NCBI RefSeq assembly: GCF_035594765.1
Contig: NC_085841.1
Coordinates: 300,957,402-301,021,401 of the forward strand
From: Anolis carolinensis
Taxonomy: Eukaryota
Direction of reading: 5' to 3'
DNA: 64,000 nucleotides
Shown here one piece after another: positions 50,048 to 62,762 of this stretch. The notes under the pieces were generated by a model that saw nothing but the letters and a program-made list of their open reading frames with translations, searched no databases and had not been told where the DNA came from. Numbering within the stretch: position 1 is the first letter of the stretch; the number at the start of each line of letters is the position of its first letter. The translations under genes and the position numbers were made by a program.

Positions 50048-52502
50048 TTCATTATTCTCTTTGTTCCACTACCTTCACAGGTGCATCTGGTGGGAACTCA
50101 GGATAAAGCCTTCTCAATGGTTCTTCCTATATTCTAGCCCGATAAAGAAAGCAGTGCAGCGTTAAAAGCTTGCATGATGCATTTTCTGATTGTCCAGTAA
50201 AGGTACCTTTATCACTTTTCTGTGGCTGTTGGATTTTGTATATAGGGAAAAACACTCCCTCAGTATTGTGGTCCCAAGACATTTAAATCTTTAAATGTTA
50301 TTGCCAACATTTGAATTCAGACCAGAGGGAGGAGGAGAAGGAGACACATGGTGCTCTCCAGAACTATGTGTTTCCCTGTGTTTCCCTATTGAGTCTTGAG
50401 AAGGTGGACTGCCTTCCCAATGCTCAGAGAAGGGGAAACACGGTGCTGGTGAGAGCCCTTTTGCCAGTGCCGTGTTTCTCTCCTGCTTCTCCTCTGACAC
50501 TACTCTGAGCAGCTTGTCACTAGCCTTCCTCAGCTTGACACATGCTCAGAGGAGGGCCAAGGCATTCGGGGGCTGGAGGGAAGAGGCCAAAGGACCGCAT
50601 CTGGCCCACGGTCCTGAGTTTGTCCATGCCTGATGTGGATGCACCCTTTGTCAGCAATCCAGCTGCTGCATTTTGTACTAGCTACATTTTCTAAATTGTC
50701 TTCCTTAAACTATGGACTCCAGTCATTATGAAGTTCCTTGTAAAGTTTTTTTCTTTTTTTTCTTTAACATATCTGCTGTATTGACAACATTATCAGCAGC
50801 AATTTCTTCATTTCTCTCACCAAGGGATTTTGTAATAGAAATCATCTTTATTTGTTACAGAGATCTTGAAGACATAATACTTAGCTACTGACTTTATCTG
50901 ATTATTTCTACTTGTATTTTTTATTACTACGTAATGTCTTAGTACATTTTGGTATACCACGCACACACCCCTAAAACACCGAAAGATAAAAAATGCTATT
51001 CCTATTCCCCTGTAAAATCTAATATGTTTGTTTTGGCTTGAGATTTTATAAACACCACTTTGACCATTAATCTTAAAGTGAATTTGAACTTATAAAGACT
51101 CATATTGCAATAAATTGTCAGTCACTTCAATGCCACAGCGCTTTATATTTGTCTTTTGTTGGTGTATAATGTTTCAATAGAAGGCATTTGTTGTCCAGCC
51201 TCACCCACAGATTTATCACACTGCATCAGTCCATGTTTTTTGCTGTTCCAAGCAGGTTTAGCTACTGTTCGGAAAGTTAGATTGTACAAACATTGACTGA
51301 TGCATATAGAAACCAAGTTAACTGCAGTGCTGCAATGTTACATTTTAATTGGACTATTGTATAGCTTAGGGGATGAGCCACAAGAGAGTAGCCAATTACT
51401 CTGTATATCTGTCTGAAAGCCTTTCCATTATAGAATGCTGATTGAGATTATATAGCTCTATATTGTTCCATGTTATTGATTTCTGTGCCTTCTCCCTCCC
51501 ACACACGTGAGCCGTCTCGTTAATTGACAATTACCTTTTCCCTGTGCTTGGGTAAATTGACGTGAGCAAGCTGAGGTGTTAAGTTTAATTTGAACCAAGC
51601 ATCTTCACGTCTGTTTAATCTTTAACAAGATCCATTAGATTTCCTGTTTTTAATTTGACGCGGCCATAAAAGTATCATGGCAGTAAGGCTGTGACCCATT
51701 TGGTATGAAAAGAAGAAGAAGATCTATGCAGAAATAATGGTCTATATCTCTGCTTGGGAATTTTGTTCCTTTTGTTATGTCTGGCGGGTAGAATCAATAG
51801 GCAAAGCTTTGGATATGAAGTACAGTTTAGGTCTATTAGGTGGTCCCAATGCTTGCAGTTTTATCAGTTTTATTGGACAATTGTAGTCTCAGAGTGCTGA
51901 TTAATTGCTCTTTGTCACACTGTGGGGGAGATTTGAATAGGGTACCTAGAGATTCTCTCTTGGACCTGGTGGCTCTTTTGCATTTTAATCAGCAACTTAG
52001 ATGAAGGAAATCCTCATATGACATGCAGATCACAAAATTGGGAGAGATGGCTGAGACCTCAGAATAGTGAGGCAAATAAACTAGCCTTGACAGATAAGAA
52101 AACTGGGCCACTCTTAATGAAACAAAACTCAACAAAGACATACTTTCCAACTGTCCCAATTTGGCAGGGACTGTTCAGATTAATCCTCTCTCATCCCACT
52201 TTTTGAACTGTTTCTCTCTCTCCTCACTTTCCTGGGCTTACTTCCATTGGTGCATTAAATGCATTACACTGTTAATTCAGCCTGCATTTTCACATCAACG
52301 ATTGCCAAGCTGCTCATCCCCATCCTATAGCTGGTGTATTCTATTTTATTTTGTCTAAATGGAAAATAAGATTTCCATTGTCTTTGCATTTCCTCCAGCT
52401 TTTCACAGATGAAAACTGGGATACATGTGGCTAAGCAACATAAAAGTGTAGTGAAGATAGCAAAAGTTAACAGGCTGAAAACAGTGGACTTCTGCAAAGC
52501 GC

Positions 52503-52685
52503 TTTACATTGGGAAGCCTTTGTACCAAGTTCGGAAACTCTAGTTGGTTCAAAATATGGCAGTCAAATTGGTTGCAGGAACATCTAGGAGTGAACGTATT
52601 ACACCTATACTAAAGCCACTCCACTGGCTATCAGTTAGTTTCTTGTCAAAGTACAAGGTATTGATTTTGACCTTTAAGCCCTACA
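52503..52685 (+). mobile_element. L2-type LINE ORF2 C-terminal fragment
   Basis: LVQNMAVKLVAG.SRSERITPILKPLHWL.V.F..KYKVLILTFK. Confidence 0.8.
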
Positions 52686-54165
52686 TCAGGTATGTTCAAA
52701 GTCTGGTCCGTCCGGGGACCAAATGCAGCCCCTGTTCAAATTTACACCTGCCCTCTCTCTTGAGGCTTCCCTTCCTTGACTTCCTCCCTCTCTCCCTTTC
52801 TTGACTTCCTTCCTCCCTTTGTTCGTTTGTTCATTCTTTCTTCTTGGGGAATAGGGACCTGGAAAAGGTGGGCTCCTCAAGAGGAGAAAAAGGGAGATGC
52901 AGCCTCTTGCATCCCTTCACCTCAATTAAGCTTCGCCTTCTCCTCGGGTGGCTCCGGCCTCAGGCATCCTATCTCAATAGCCGAAAGTCTCTCTCTCTCT
53001 CTCTCCCCACAACTTTTTCTTTATTTCTTTGTAAAGGAAGGCTCCCCAATCACCTTGCTTGCCCCAGGCGCATGCTGCGACAACTGTGGGTGTTACTGCT
53101 GCTGGATGGCATTGGCAGACAAGAGCAGGCCCTGGACGCCGAGCACCTGCCTGGCTTCCCTCTCTCTCTTCCTTCTCCATCCCGCCTTTGTCCCATGTCA
53201 CCACCCCACGTTTTCCAAAAAGGCTACCCTTTGCTGAGGCTCCTCCCTTGGGAAGTGAATGGGAGAGTCAGACGACAACTATAAGCCCCCCTCACCACCA
53301 CAATCAAAGCCCTCCCGACAGATGCCCATGCCACCTCTGGGAAAATATTCCAGAAAAGGAGACTCCATCGGACTCTGAGGCAGCATATGCCACTGTCTGA
53401 AATAACTTGAAGGCACACCACTTCTATAACTACAACTTCTATAAATCCCTCCAGACTTCCGGTGTTTTTTTTCTTGGTCATGGGGGTTCTGTGTGCCATG
53501 TTAGTTCCAGGTCCATCGTTGGTGGACTTCAGAGTGGTCTTTGATTGCAGGTAAACTATAAATCCCTGTACTTACAAGTGCTATAAATCTAGGTGAATTC
53601 CCCCCAAACTCCAGTATGTTTTGTTGGTCATGGGGGTTCTGTGTGCCAAATGTGGCTCAGGTTCATTGGCAGTGGGGGTCACAGTGCTGTGTCTTGATGC
53701 AGGGTGAACTACAACTTCCATCCTGTGGAGTCAGTCCCCCAACCCCCTACAGAATATTCAGTTGCTGATCAATTCCTCTGTTTGCTGTGTGCCATAGTAA
53801 AGGGTTAAGGGAGAGGCAATGGATGGGGTCATGCAAATTCCACAACAATGGAGAGAGAAAGTAATCCTGGGAGGTGTCTTTGGCAGAGGAAAAACAGCAA
53901 ATCTAGGATGAAATTGTCCCCATGTGAAAGTCTTCACTTGAGTGGTGGGTATGATGGTATTTGTGGAGGACATTGGCAGGGCTCTTGAACATGTTCACGG
54001 TGTTCTCTATAACCTGCAGTGTCAGTTTTGGGAGGGTCATGGGTGTCTCCTGCTCAGTGGGAATTATAACCTGTTTGTGGAGGTGGGACTCTGTGTAAGC
54101 AGACACCCCTGCCACATACACACATACACATTTTGACTTTTATTATGTGTATAGATATAGATAGA
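52686..54165 (-). mobile_element. Composite non-autonomous Helitron-like element, 3'-truncated
   Basis: Minus strand starts A|TCTATCTATATCTATACACATAATAAAAG (5' TC terminus); internal ~165-bp tandem subrepeats (TTGGTCATGGGGGTTCTGTGTGCCA at about 53475 and 53625); no CTAG end seen. Confidence 0.6.
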
Positions 54166-54578
54166 TGGGACTCACAGAGAGTAGTGTCCGAGGTCATGGG
54201 TGGTAGGCTCATGGGTGAGGGTTAGGAGGGTAATGATTGGATAGAATATTGCAATGTATTTGTTTGGGGGAATGACATATTTGTATTTGATGTATTTGAT
54301 TATCTCTAGATGTTTCTCTTTTTATATTATGTATCCTATCAATTTCACTCAATAAAAAACATTTTTAAAATAAAAAAAACATTACAGTGTAGCAAAATGC
54401 AGGAAATACAATCATACCTCCACATTTGCAGTTTTGACTTTTGCAGATTTGATTATTCATAAATTTGATTAAAAATATCATCTCTTGGAATCTCTTGGAA
54501 CTTAGAAAACAGTTCTTTAGAAATCTCTCTAGGTCAGTAATGGACAAACTTTTACAATGTTGTCAACACAAAATAAAC

Positions 54579-54581
<3 letters not shown>

Positions 54582-54614
<33 letters not shown>
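54582..54614. repeat. (CA)n microsatellite
   Basis: Direct reading. Confidence 0.95.
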
Positions 54615-54615
<1 letters not shown>

Positions 54616-55732
54616 CTTATTTCAAGACCTAGATGAGGCAGCAATACATTACTGGGGGGAAAGTCATATAGAAATGGCAGGACCATGAGTCTTTTTTGTC
54701 CAGTCCAGAACTGCTCCACCTGCAACCTATGTATCATTTGTTTTACCCAGGTTGTTCTTTTCCCTGCAGATAAGCCCTATGGGCAATTGAAACAACAGAC
54801 TCTTCTCTCTTTCTTTAGAGCTTAATTCCCAGTTAGAATAAAATTGCTGTATCAGGTTCACATATTAATAAAGTCTTGCTATGAATATGAAACAGAGCTT
54901 TTGTTGTTCTTGATTGGATCTAAATCATATGGTGTATGGTGTCATTCTACCCTAAATCTCAATGTGACTTTTTGTTCAACAAAAGGATTTGTCTCTGTAT
55001 CCAGTCTGAAATTTAATCTTGCATACTAGTTGGATGAGGGACAGCCTCATGCTGAGATACAAATTCTGCTTATTTTCTTGACAGAATAAGAATATCAAAT
55101 ACTAATATTAATATACTGCACCTGCAGGAACTGGATTCTTGTGGGTCTTTATTGATATTCAGGGTGGCTCTTATTACCATAATGACCTTGTTCTGAATGC
55201 ATTATGCTTCAAAGATGGAAGTATCTAGGTTCATCAGTAGTAAAATATGGATATGAGCATGGCTGGATAATATATAACAAAATATATAAGAACTTTGTAT
55301 GGCCACCCTGAAGGAATTTCAGGCATAATTCCCAGTGGCTGTGATTGGAGGAGATACCATTTATTGTGGTTAATTACAAATTTTTTATTTTATTTTCTTC
55401 ATTGATTGTGGGCTTTTTTCATAGTTAGACAGACACAGGGTTGTTACAGACACAGCAGGGTTGTAAAAAGCATTAAAATGAAATTTTAAAATCACATTTT
55501 AGTGGAGATGTGCTGAGGTCAAGTTGAATGGTATTAAAAGAAAAGGGCATGACACAAGATCTAGGGATTTCTGTATGTATCTCACAGTCACACAATCACT
55601 AACATCAGTGACACGATAACAAAAAATACTGATTACAAAAAAGCTCAGCAGAACATCAGAAGAAAGAGACAGAAGCTGGACAGATGCTATTGATGTATCA
55701 TATGCACCATTATTAAGATAGATGATATTGTA

Positions 55733-56345
55733 TAGATTGAGTATCCCATATCTGAAATGCTTGAGACCAAAAGTGTTTTCCCCCCCCAGGTTTTGGAAAA
55801 CCCGTATTTGCATATAGGTAATGAGATATCTTAGAGATAGCCCCCTATATTCATACGCTTTATACACATAACCTGAAAATAATTTTATATACAATATTTT
55901 AAATAATTTTTGCACAAAACACATTTGTGTACTATCAAAGAGCAAAGTTGTCACCAAATGGGCAATTTTGGATTTTAGAATACATGCAGCCCACAAGTTA
56001 CGAACAAGATAGGTTCTGTATGTTGTTCTTAAGTTGAATTTGTGGTGTTTGTTTTGCTGCCTATGCCTGTTCAGAAGATTTCACCTCACTTTCTGTCTTT
56101 ATGATAATTGGATTTTGAAAAAAATTGCTTGTTGTAGAAACAAGAATTAGTGGTAAAGCTTCAGTGAAGACACCTTTTTCTCCCTGATAACGCTTTCAGG
56201 AGTGATTTCCCTTTCCTAGGGATAAATTTATATAACTTCCTGTTTTCTTACCCCCAGTCTTAACGATTGATTCATTTGTAAGTCAGTTTTTTGAAACTTG
56301 GGATTGTCTGTGTTTTGGATTTCAGAATTCTGGGAGGAAAGCCCA
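55733..56345. mobile_element. Tigger-like MITE interrupted by a second mariner-type MITE (~55984-56310)
   Basis: TA|TAGATTGAGTATCCCATATC start, reverse orientation to the 31921 copy; inner element CAGCCCACAAGTTAC... ...AAACTTGGGATTGTCTG. Confidence 0.7.
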
Positions 56346-58398
56346 GTATAGATTGGCTGCAAGTATCAATAACATGGAATAAGATTATGGCAATTGCCTT
56401 ATTTTAACTCTGGAAAACAGTGAAGGAGCATAAACTGGGATGGAAGGCAAACATATCAATCATGGTTCAAACTTTCTGGAATATATTGTTTGTGGCAGAC
56501 TGAATTTCATCAAGAGATAATTAATATTTCTTAACTAATAGGGCTGAATCTTATTGTTGGTTGCACATTGTGATTTTAGCAGAGGCATATGTATTCGTTA
56601 GGAGCTTGCATGGAGCTCCGTCCTCAGCTAGGAGCAATGGCCGCATGCAGAGGAGGTAAGATGTGCACTGCCCAAAAGGAGTGGCTGTGATTCCCAGTGT
56701 GTGAACAATGAGCTCTTGGATAACCTCTTTTCTTTCCAATTTTTCTTTGATAAAAATTTCTTTCCAGTTTTCTTATGATAAAATAAACAAAAGTGATCTG
56801 TTAGGTACAAATCAATATGTATTGAAGAAATAGTCCATATGTGCTACAGCAAACAAATCATGTGCCACAGCTCAAATAAATATTTGGAATCATTATGGCT
56901 TGTTTGTCTGAAAATGTCAGCCAAATGTTTTAAGAGAATAAATAGATATTAGGAAAAAACTTGGCATACCTCACAAGGTGAAGAAAAAGCTAAGAACACT
57001 GAAAGTAACTTGAGATTTCAAAGTAACCTAAGACAACTATAGAATATCCTAAATGCTTTGTGTATCCTGTCTCAGAACAGATATCACAGGAACTCAACAA
57101 CTAAGAATCAGTTTATTCTTGACATGTATATGAATAGAAAGCAATGGTAAAAATCATGGGAATTATTATTATTTTTTTGGGACTGAGATAGTTGGGGTTG
57201 GAGTAAGGGATATATCTGAAATATATGCAAATATAAACTGTGGATCAATGAATAGCAAACAGCTTTTTATTGCTTCACATAATGCTAGAGGGTCCCCAAT
57301 GAAATTTTATGTTGTTTAGATATTTAATATGCCCCATCCCCACAACTCTTAGGCAGGTCACAAGCATTTCAAAACCAAGGTAATAAAATCTGACTGAACA
57401 ATAAAATAACAGTAAAACATGTCAAAGATTAAAAATTTCCACTTAAAACCTTCAAGTACCTATTTAATTCTAGGAAAAAGCAATCCAAAGGTATAATAAT
57501 AACCTTTATACTCAATGGAATTCCCAGTGTTGGTATTTAAAATCTGACTGGTATGTCATTTTTAGTTATTGTCACAAGCAAAATTTATGTTAGGCCGGAG
57601 GCCCTCAACTGCTGAATTTGTCTAGAGTATGAAGAATCTCATTACTGCAGACAAATCCTGCTGTGTGGGGTGTAGCAGGTCTGATGACTAACTGAGGGTT
57701 AACTCCTCCAACCTCTAAGCCAGTGTCATCAGTATGCTTAATAGCTACATTTCAGCCACTGTTCACAGTCAGTCATGTACTTGAACATTGGCAGATGAGG
57801 ATGATGACTCATGTCTGGTTTTATTCCTGATCTTTTCCTCCCTCTGCATTCATGGATCCTATATTGTATCTGAGTGAGCAATTACTGAAGGAGCCTGAGT
57901 GCAAAAAGCTGGTGGCGATGCTGGGTGTTTTCTGGAAGGAAAATTAATGTATTTTCTTCCCTTTGTGTATGATTTTTTTTTAAAAAAAGTGTTTGTTTAT
58001 ACATTCTGCCTGACCTTCAAAAATACTTAAAATCAAGAGCGAGACTACACAAATACAAAAACAAATCCTCATATACTCACTACAAAGCTGGTACTGGCAA
58101 CCATTATAATGCACAATGGCAAGAATCCAGATCTTTTACCTCTTAGTCTGACCTTGCTCCACAGCAAGCAAAGTTGGAGGATGCTCCAGTGTCCAGAAAA
58201 CTACAGACAGCCGGGTCAGGTTCCATTTGGCCTGATCCATTGTCCACACACATTCCATGGCCATCACCCTTCCCCTGATCAGCACAGGAAAGGGAATGGG
58301 TTGTCATTGTGTCACTATCACTGCAGACTCACTATAGTTAGGGAGCCTCTTCTGAGAGCCTGGCCACTGCAATTGCATCTGCTGAAGTCAGAATGGAG

Positions 58399-58522
58399 CA
58401 TTGGTTCTCAACCTGGGGTCCCCAGACGGTTTTGGCCTGTAACTCCCAGAAACGGCAGCCAGTTTACCAGCTGTTAGGATTTCTGGGAGTTGAAGTCCAA
58501 AAACATCTGGGGAGAACCACTG
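58399..58522. mobile_element. hAT-Charlie-like MITE
   Basis: CATTGGTTCTC / GAGAACCACTG TIR; TSD GAATGGAG / GAATAAAG; same family as 29481. Confidence 0.85.
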
Positions 58523-58680
58523 GAATAAAGCATCTAGCCATGTGATCAACAAGGACTGGGTCACTTTGCCCACTCCTCACTGATGACATACACTCTGTTA
58601 TCGGCAGACACAATAGGTGAAGGGTAAACTTTTCCAGAGCTTCTGACCAGGAAGAAGCAGCAGTGGCATCATGGGGACAA

Positions 58681-58976
58681 GAGGATGAGTCATAAGGGAA
58701 TGGGCAGGACTGCCTGGACACATCCAGCAGGTACGTGGACAGTCCCAGCATAAATGACCCTGATTAATTTTTCCTGATGGATGTTCTCTGAGTCTCTGTT
58801 CCCTGCATCTTTATTTTGTTGCCCCACCCTGGTCTCCTTCATTCATGAGGATGGGTCATAAGTGGGTAGGCTGGACTGTCTGGACACATTCAGCAGGTAC
58901 GTGCTGGGTCTGGGACAGTCCCAGCATAAATTACCCTGATTAACCTTCCCCGGGTGGATGTTCCTTGAGTCTCTAT
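58681..58976. repeat. Diverged direct repeat, two ~120-130-bp units
   Basis: GAGGATG.GTCATAAG...GGACTG.CTGGACACAT.CAGCAGGTACGTG...GGACAGTCCCAGCATAAAT.ACCCTGATTAA...TGGATGTTC..TGAGTCTCT at 58681-58798 and 58847-58975. Confidence 0.85.
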
Positions 58977-60643
58977 AACTAGACCAGGGTTAGGGAACAA
59001 AATAAAGACTCCTTCATTCAAGCAATTGATAAAAAAATATATTGATGGAAATTATGGTGGCAGTAACTGCATTTTACTAGAGGGCTATAGTGACAAAATG
59101 TTCATTGAAGTTGGAATAGAAAGAACATTTACACCAAAAGTTGGACTGCAACTTCTAGCATTCCTCAACATTGGCTATAGAGCCTATGCTGATGGAAGTT
59201 GCAGTCCAGCTTTGCTCAGTCCCACCATAAGGGAGTCTAATGGGTACCTATGTTTTTCTTGCGAGAATAGAGACTGTTCTATGAATCATTCAAATAACTG
59301 ATCTGTACCCTGGGAATGTACTCCTGAAAGTGTTTCCAATCGCCTAACTATGTTAATGAGATATAGTGTTTGAATTCTCCATTATGTTACCCCTTATAGA
59401 ACAGGGTGATTTTACGATAAAGTTGGTGGTTTGAGAACGAAAAGCCCTAACCGTGAAATAATAATTTAAACTCATGGAATTGCAAAAAAAGGAGCATTGT
59501 ATAAGATGGCTATAGAAATACATGACTGGTGAAATCTGAAGTTCTGCATGTTGCAGTAATTTAATTACATAGTTTTTCATTCATTTAGTGCCTTTTCAGA
59601 ATAATAAAGTAGACTTGCAACTTCTGGAGGATTTTTTACTGGATAAATGAACTGCTTATACTGAGGTATATGACAATGGAATACTTTTTGTAAATATATT
59701 AAACCAATTCTTGCTAAATGCAGACATGGGACCAAGCATGAAATGGAGAAATGAAATAAGCATTCATGTAAACAGCATTCATGTAAATGGCATTTGCTTA
59801 AAGTGGACATAACAGCCATTTAATCTACAAAATAATTTCCCATAAATTTGGTCAACGTTTGTCTGTCTTTTAAACAATTTTTTATAAGTTTATTTGAGCT
59901 ACCAGACATTGTTGGCTAGACCATAGATTAAATGGACCATGAGTCTTATGTTGGTATGCCATTACTTAGGACTTCTGCCCACTCCACATATACTAATAAT
60001 AATATGTGCATAGATAACAACCCATGCCATTGTTAAAGTTGCATAATTTGCCAGAGCGTACTTTAAATTGTCAATGTGATGAGCCTAAATCTCCCCTCAA
60101 GGTCTGAAGAAAGAAAATAGTGTATGAGAGAAAAGAGTGGAATACAAAATATTTATGAAATTCACAAAATGCAACACTGCTTCAGTAAGAAACTTTATGG
60201 ATGTTTAACTGCATATTTATTTGTTTTGTTGCAACCACATTTTTTTTTCACCTTTGTGGACATGATCTTTGGACTTGAGGTCCCAAATCATTGGTAATGA
60301 AATTTCAGCCTAGGACAAAACAACAAAACTGCACATCCCAGAAACACTAAACTTGGCAGCACAACCCCTCATCCATGCCTCTATGTTCATACAACAAAAA
60401 CAAAAGAAAAATAAAGTCCTAATTAGGGGGAGAGGAATAAGTGTTTTTATCCAATTGCTGCCAGTTAGAAGGCTAAGCTCCGTGCACTTGGTCTCCCTGC
60501 AACCCACTCAGCCCAGGGGACGGGCAGAGTTAGGCCTCACTTAGGCCTCTTCCACACTGCCTATAAAATACAGATTATCTGATTTTAACTGGATTATATG
60601 GCAGTGTAGACTCAAGGCCATTCCACACAGCTATATATATTTA

Positions 60644-61096
60644 TCTATATATATAAAAGAGTGATGGCATCATGGCGACCCACAAAACAACAAAACTACA
60701 GGCCCTCCAACCTCAAAATTTGACAACACAACCCATCATCCACGCCTCTAGGTTGATACAACAAAAAGAAAAGAAAAATAAAGTCCTAATTAGAGAGAGA
60801 AGAATAATTGCTTTTATCCAATTGCTGCCAGTTAGAAGGCTAAGCTCCTCCAACTTGGTCTCCTAGCAACCCAATAAAAATAATAAAAAACACTAAAAAA
60901 TTAATACAATAAAATACTATAATAACAGAAAATAACTAAAAATAATACAAGAAAATAATAAAATATAATAAATAAAAATATAACTTACAATAAAATTAAT
61001 TAAAAATGCAAATAAAGTCAAATAAAAATTACACAACAATTTTTAACCAATACCACCACCACTTTGCCACAGCAACGTATGGCCGGGCACAGCTAG
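60644..61096 (+). mobile_element. Short non-autonomous Helitron, complete
   Basis: 5' A|TC, 3' CTAG|T; subterminal GCCACAGCAACGTATGGC hairpin; no TSD. Confidence 0.85.
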
Positions 61097-61134
61097 TAAT
61101 CTTATATAATTATAATCTTTATAATCTTATTTAA

Positions 61135-61438
61135 GGAGCCCCAGTGGTGAAGTGTGTTAAAGCACTGAGCTGCTGAACTTGCAGACCGAAAGGTCCCAGG
61201 TTCAAATTCCGGGAGCGGAGTGAGCGCTCGCTGTTAGTCCAATTTCTGCCAACCTAGCAGTTTGAAAACATGCCAGTGTAAGTAGATCAATAGGTACCAC
61301 TCCAATGGGAAGGTAACAGCGCTCCATGCAGTCATGCCGGCCACATGACCTTGGAGGTGTCTATGGACAACGCCAGCTCTTCGGCTTAGAAATGGAGATG
61401 AGCACCAACCCCCAGAGTCAGGGGAAACCTTTACCTTT
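61135..61438 (+). mobile_element. Sauria SINE
   Basis: GGAGCCCCAGTGG head, (ACCTTT)2 tail, approximate TSD TAATCTTAT; small 3' internal deletion. Confidence 0.92.
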
Positions 61439-62689
61439 TAATCTTATATTATCTGCTTTGAACTGGATTATCTGGACTCCACACTGCCATATAATCCACT
61501 TAAGTGTGCATTTTATACAGCTGTGTAGAAGGGGCCTCATATAATCCAGTTCTGAGCAGATAATATAAGATTATAAATATACAGTAGAGTCTCACTTATC
61601 CAACATAAACACCCTGGCAGAACGTTGGATAAGCAAATATGTTAGATAATAAGAAAGGATTAAGGAAAAGTCTATTAAATGTCAAATTACATTATGATTT
61701 TACAAATTACAGGCTACTCTGTCCTATACAACCAGGCCTAGAAAGGATGCCCTATGTAGAAAGCAGCCAGGCTTTTAAGCTGCAAGACTATTCAGTGCAG
61801 TTCAAGCTGGCCAAACAAGGATTCCCCTACTAAGGAAGTAGCCATGGATCCTATCCACACCCACTTTGTGTTATGGGTGTGGATAGGACTGTCCAACCTG
61901 CAAAGCATCAGGGAAGCATTGATATCTCACCATCTATATGCACAGCAGCAATATGTAGTGTATAGTTCCCCACCATGCTGCCCCATGACATGATTGGTAC
62001 AGAATTTCATGCTGCTGTATCCAGTCACTCTATTCGCACAACTACTGTGATCCAGCTCTATTCTCTTCAGAGAGAGATCGTTGCCACATTGTTCTCTGTT
62101 CCTTTAAGTTATGAATGGTTCTCGTGAAAATTAAAACTGGTAAGGAGGGAGCAAATCTACAGACAGACCATTCTCATTAAAATAGCCTTCTTATTCCATT
62201 CACAAAACTACAGCAGTAGGAAAAGCACAAGACTGGTTAAGTGTAGGTGTTAAATTTTGTCAGGAGATTGAGCAAGACCATAGAAAATGCAATTTCATTT
62301 CTGTAGAAGGAATCTGATATTGCAGCTATTTTGATTTCAAGTGGGTCCTAATTGGTGTGTGTAAAAGAGTAGCCAAGAAATTATCATCCATAAAACTGAA
62401 GGTCAGGACTACACTGCTAAGCAAAGTCGTTAACTTCTGAACCCTGTTTGAAATCCTATTGTTGGAGGTCAGAGATCAGTGGCCAGAGCACTGTGGATGC
62501 TTCAAAGCTGTGAGACCTCAGCAATGCTGAAGGTCATCTCCAAAAGTTGCTAAGGGTAACTATATAGCCATATGGTATATCATACAAGTTAACAAAGTAT
62601 TTTAACTCTGAAATAAATACACACAAAAGTATGTTATAGGGCATGAGTATGTATTGTCCCCTAGGAGAAATAGAGCAGGTTAAAAATAA

Positions 62690-62690
<1 letters not shown>

Positions 62691-62755
<65 letters not shown>

Positions 62756-62762
62756 TTATTAT
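62691..62762. repeat. (TTA)n microsatellite; target and tail of the R4/Dong element
   Basis: About 22 TTA units directly abutting the element's 3' UTR. Confidence 0.95.

Larger units (their letters stand above)
60310..61710 (+). mobile_element. Long non-autonomous Helitron-family fragment (outer element) with captured MITEs
   Basis: 60316-60505 is a close paralogue of 60682-60872 (inner Helitron); it continues into TCTACAC MITE sequence and a mariner-type end CAGTAGAGTCTCACTTATCCAAC; interrupted by two insertions. Confidence 0.7.
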
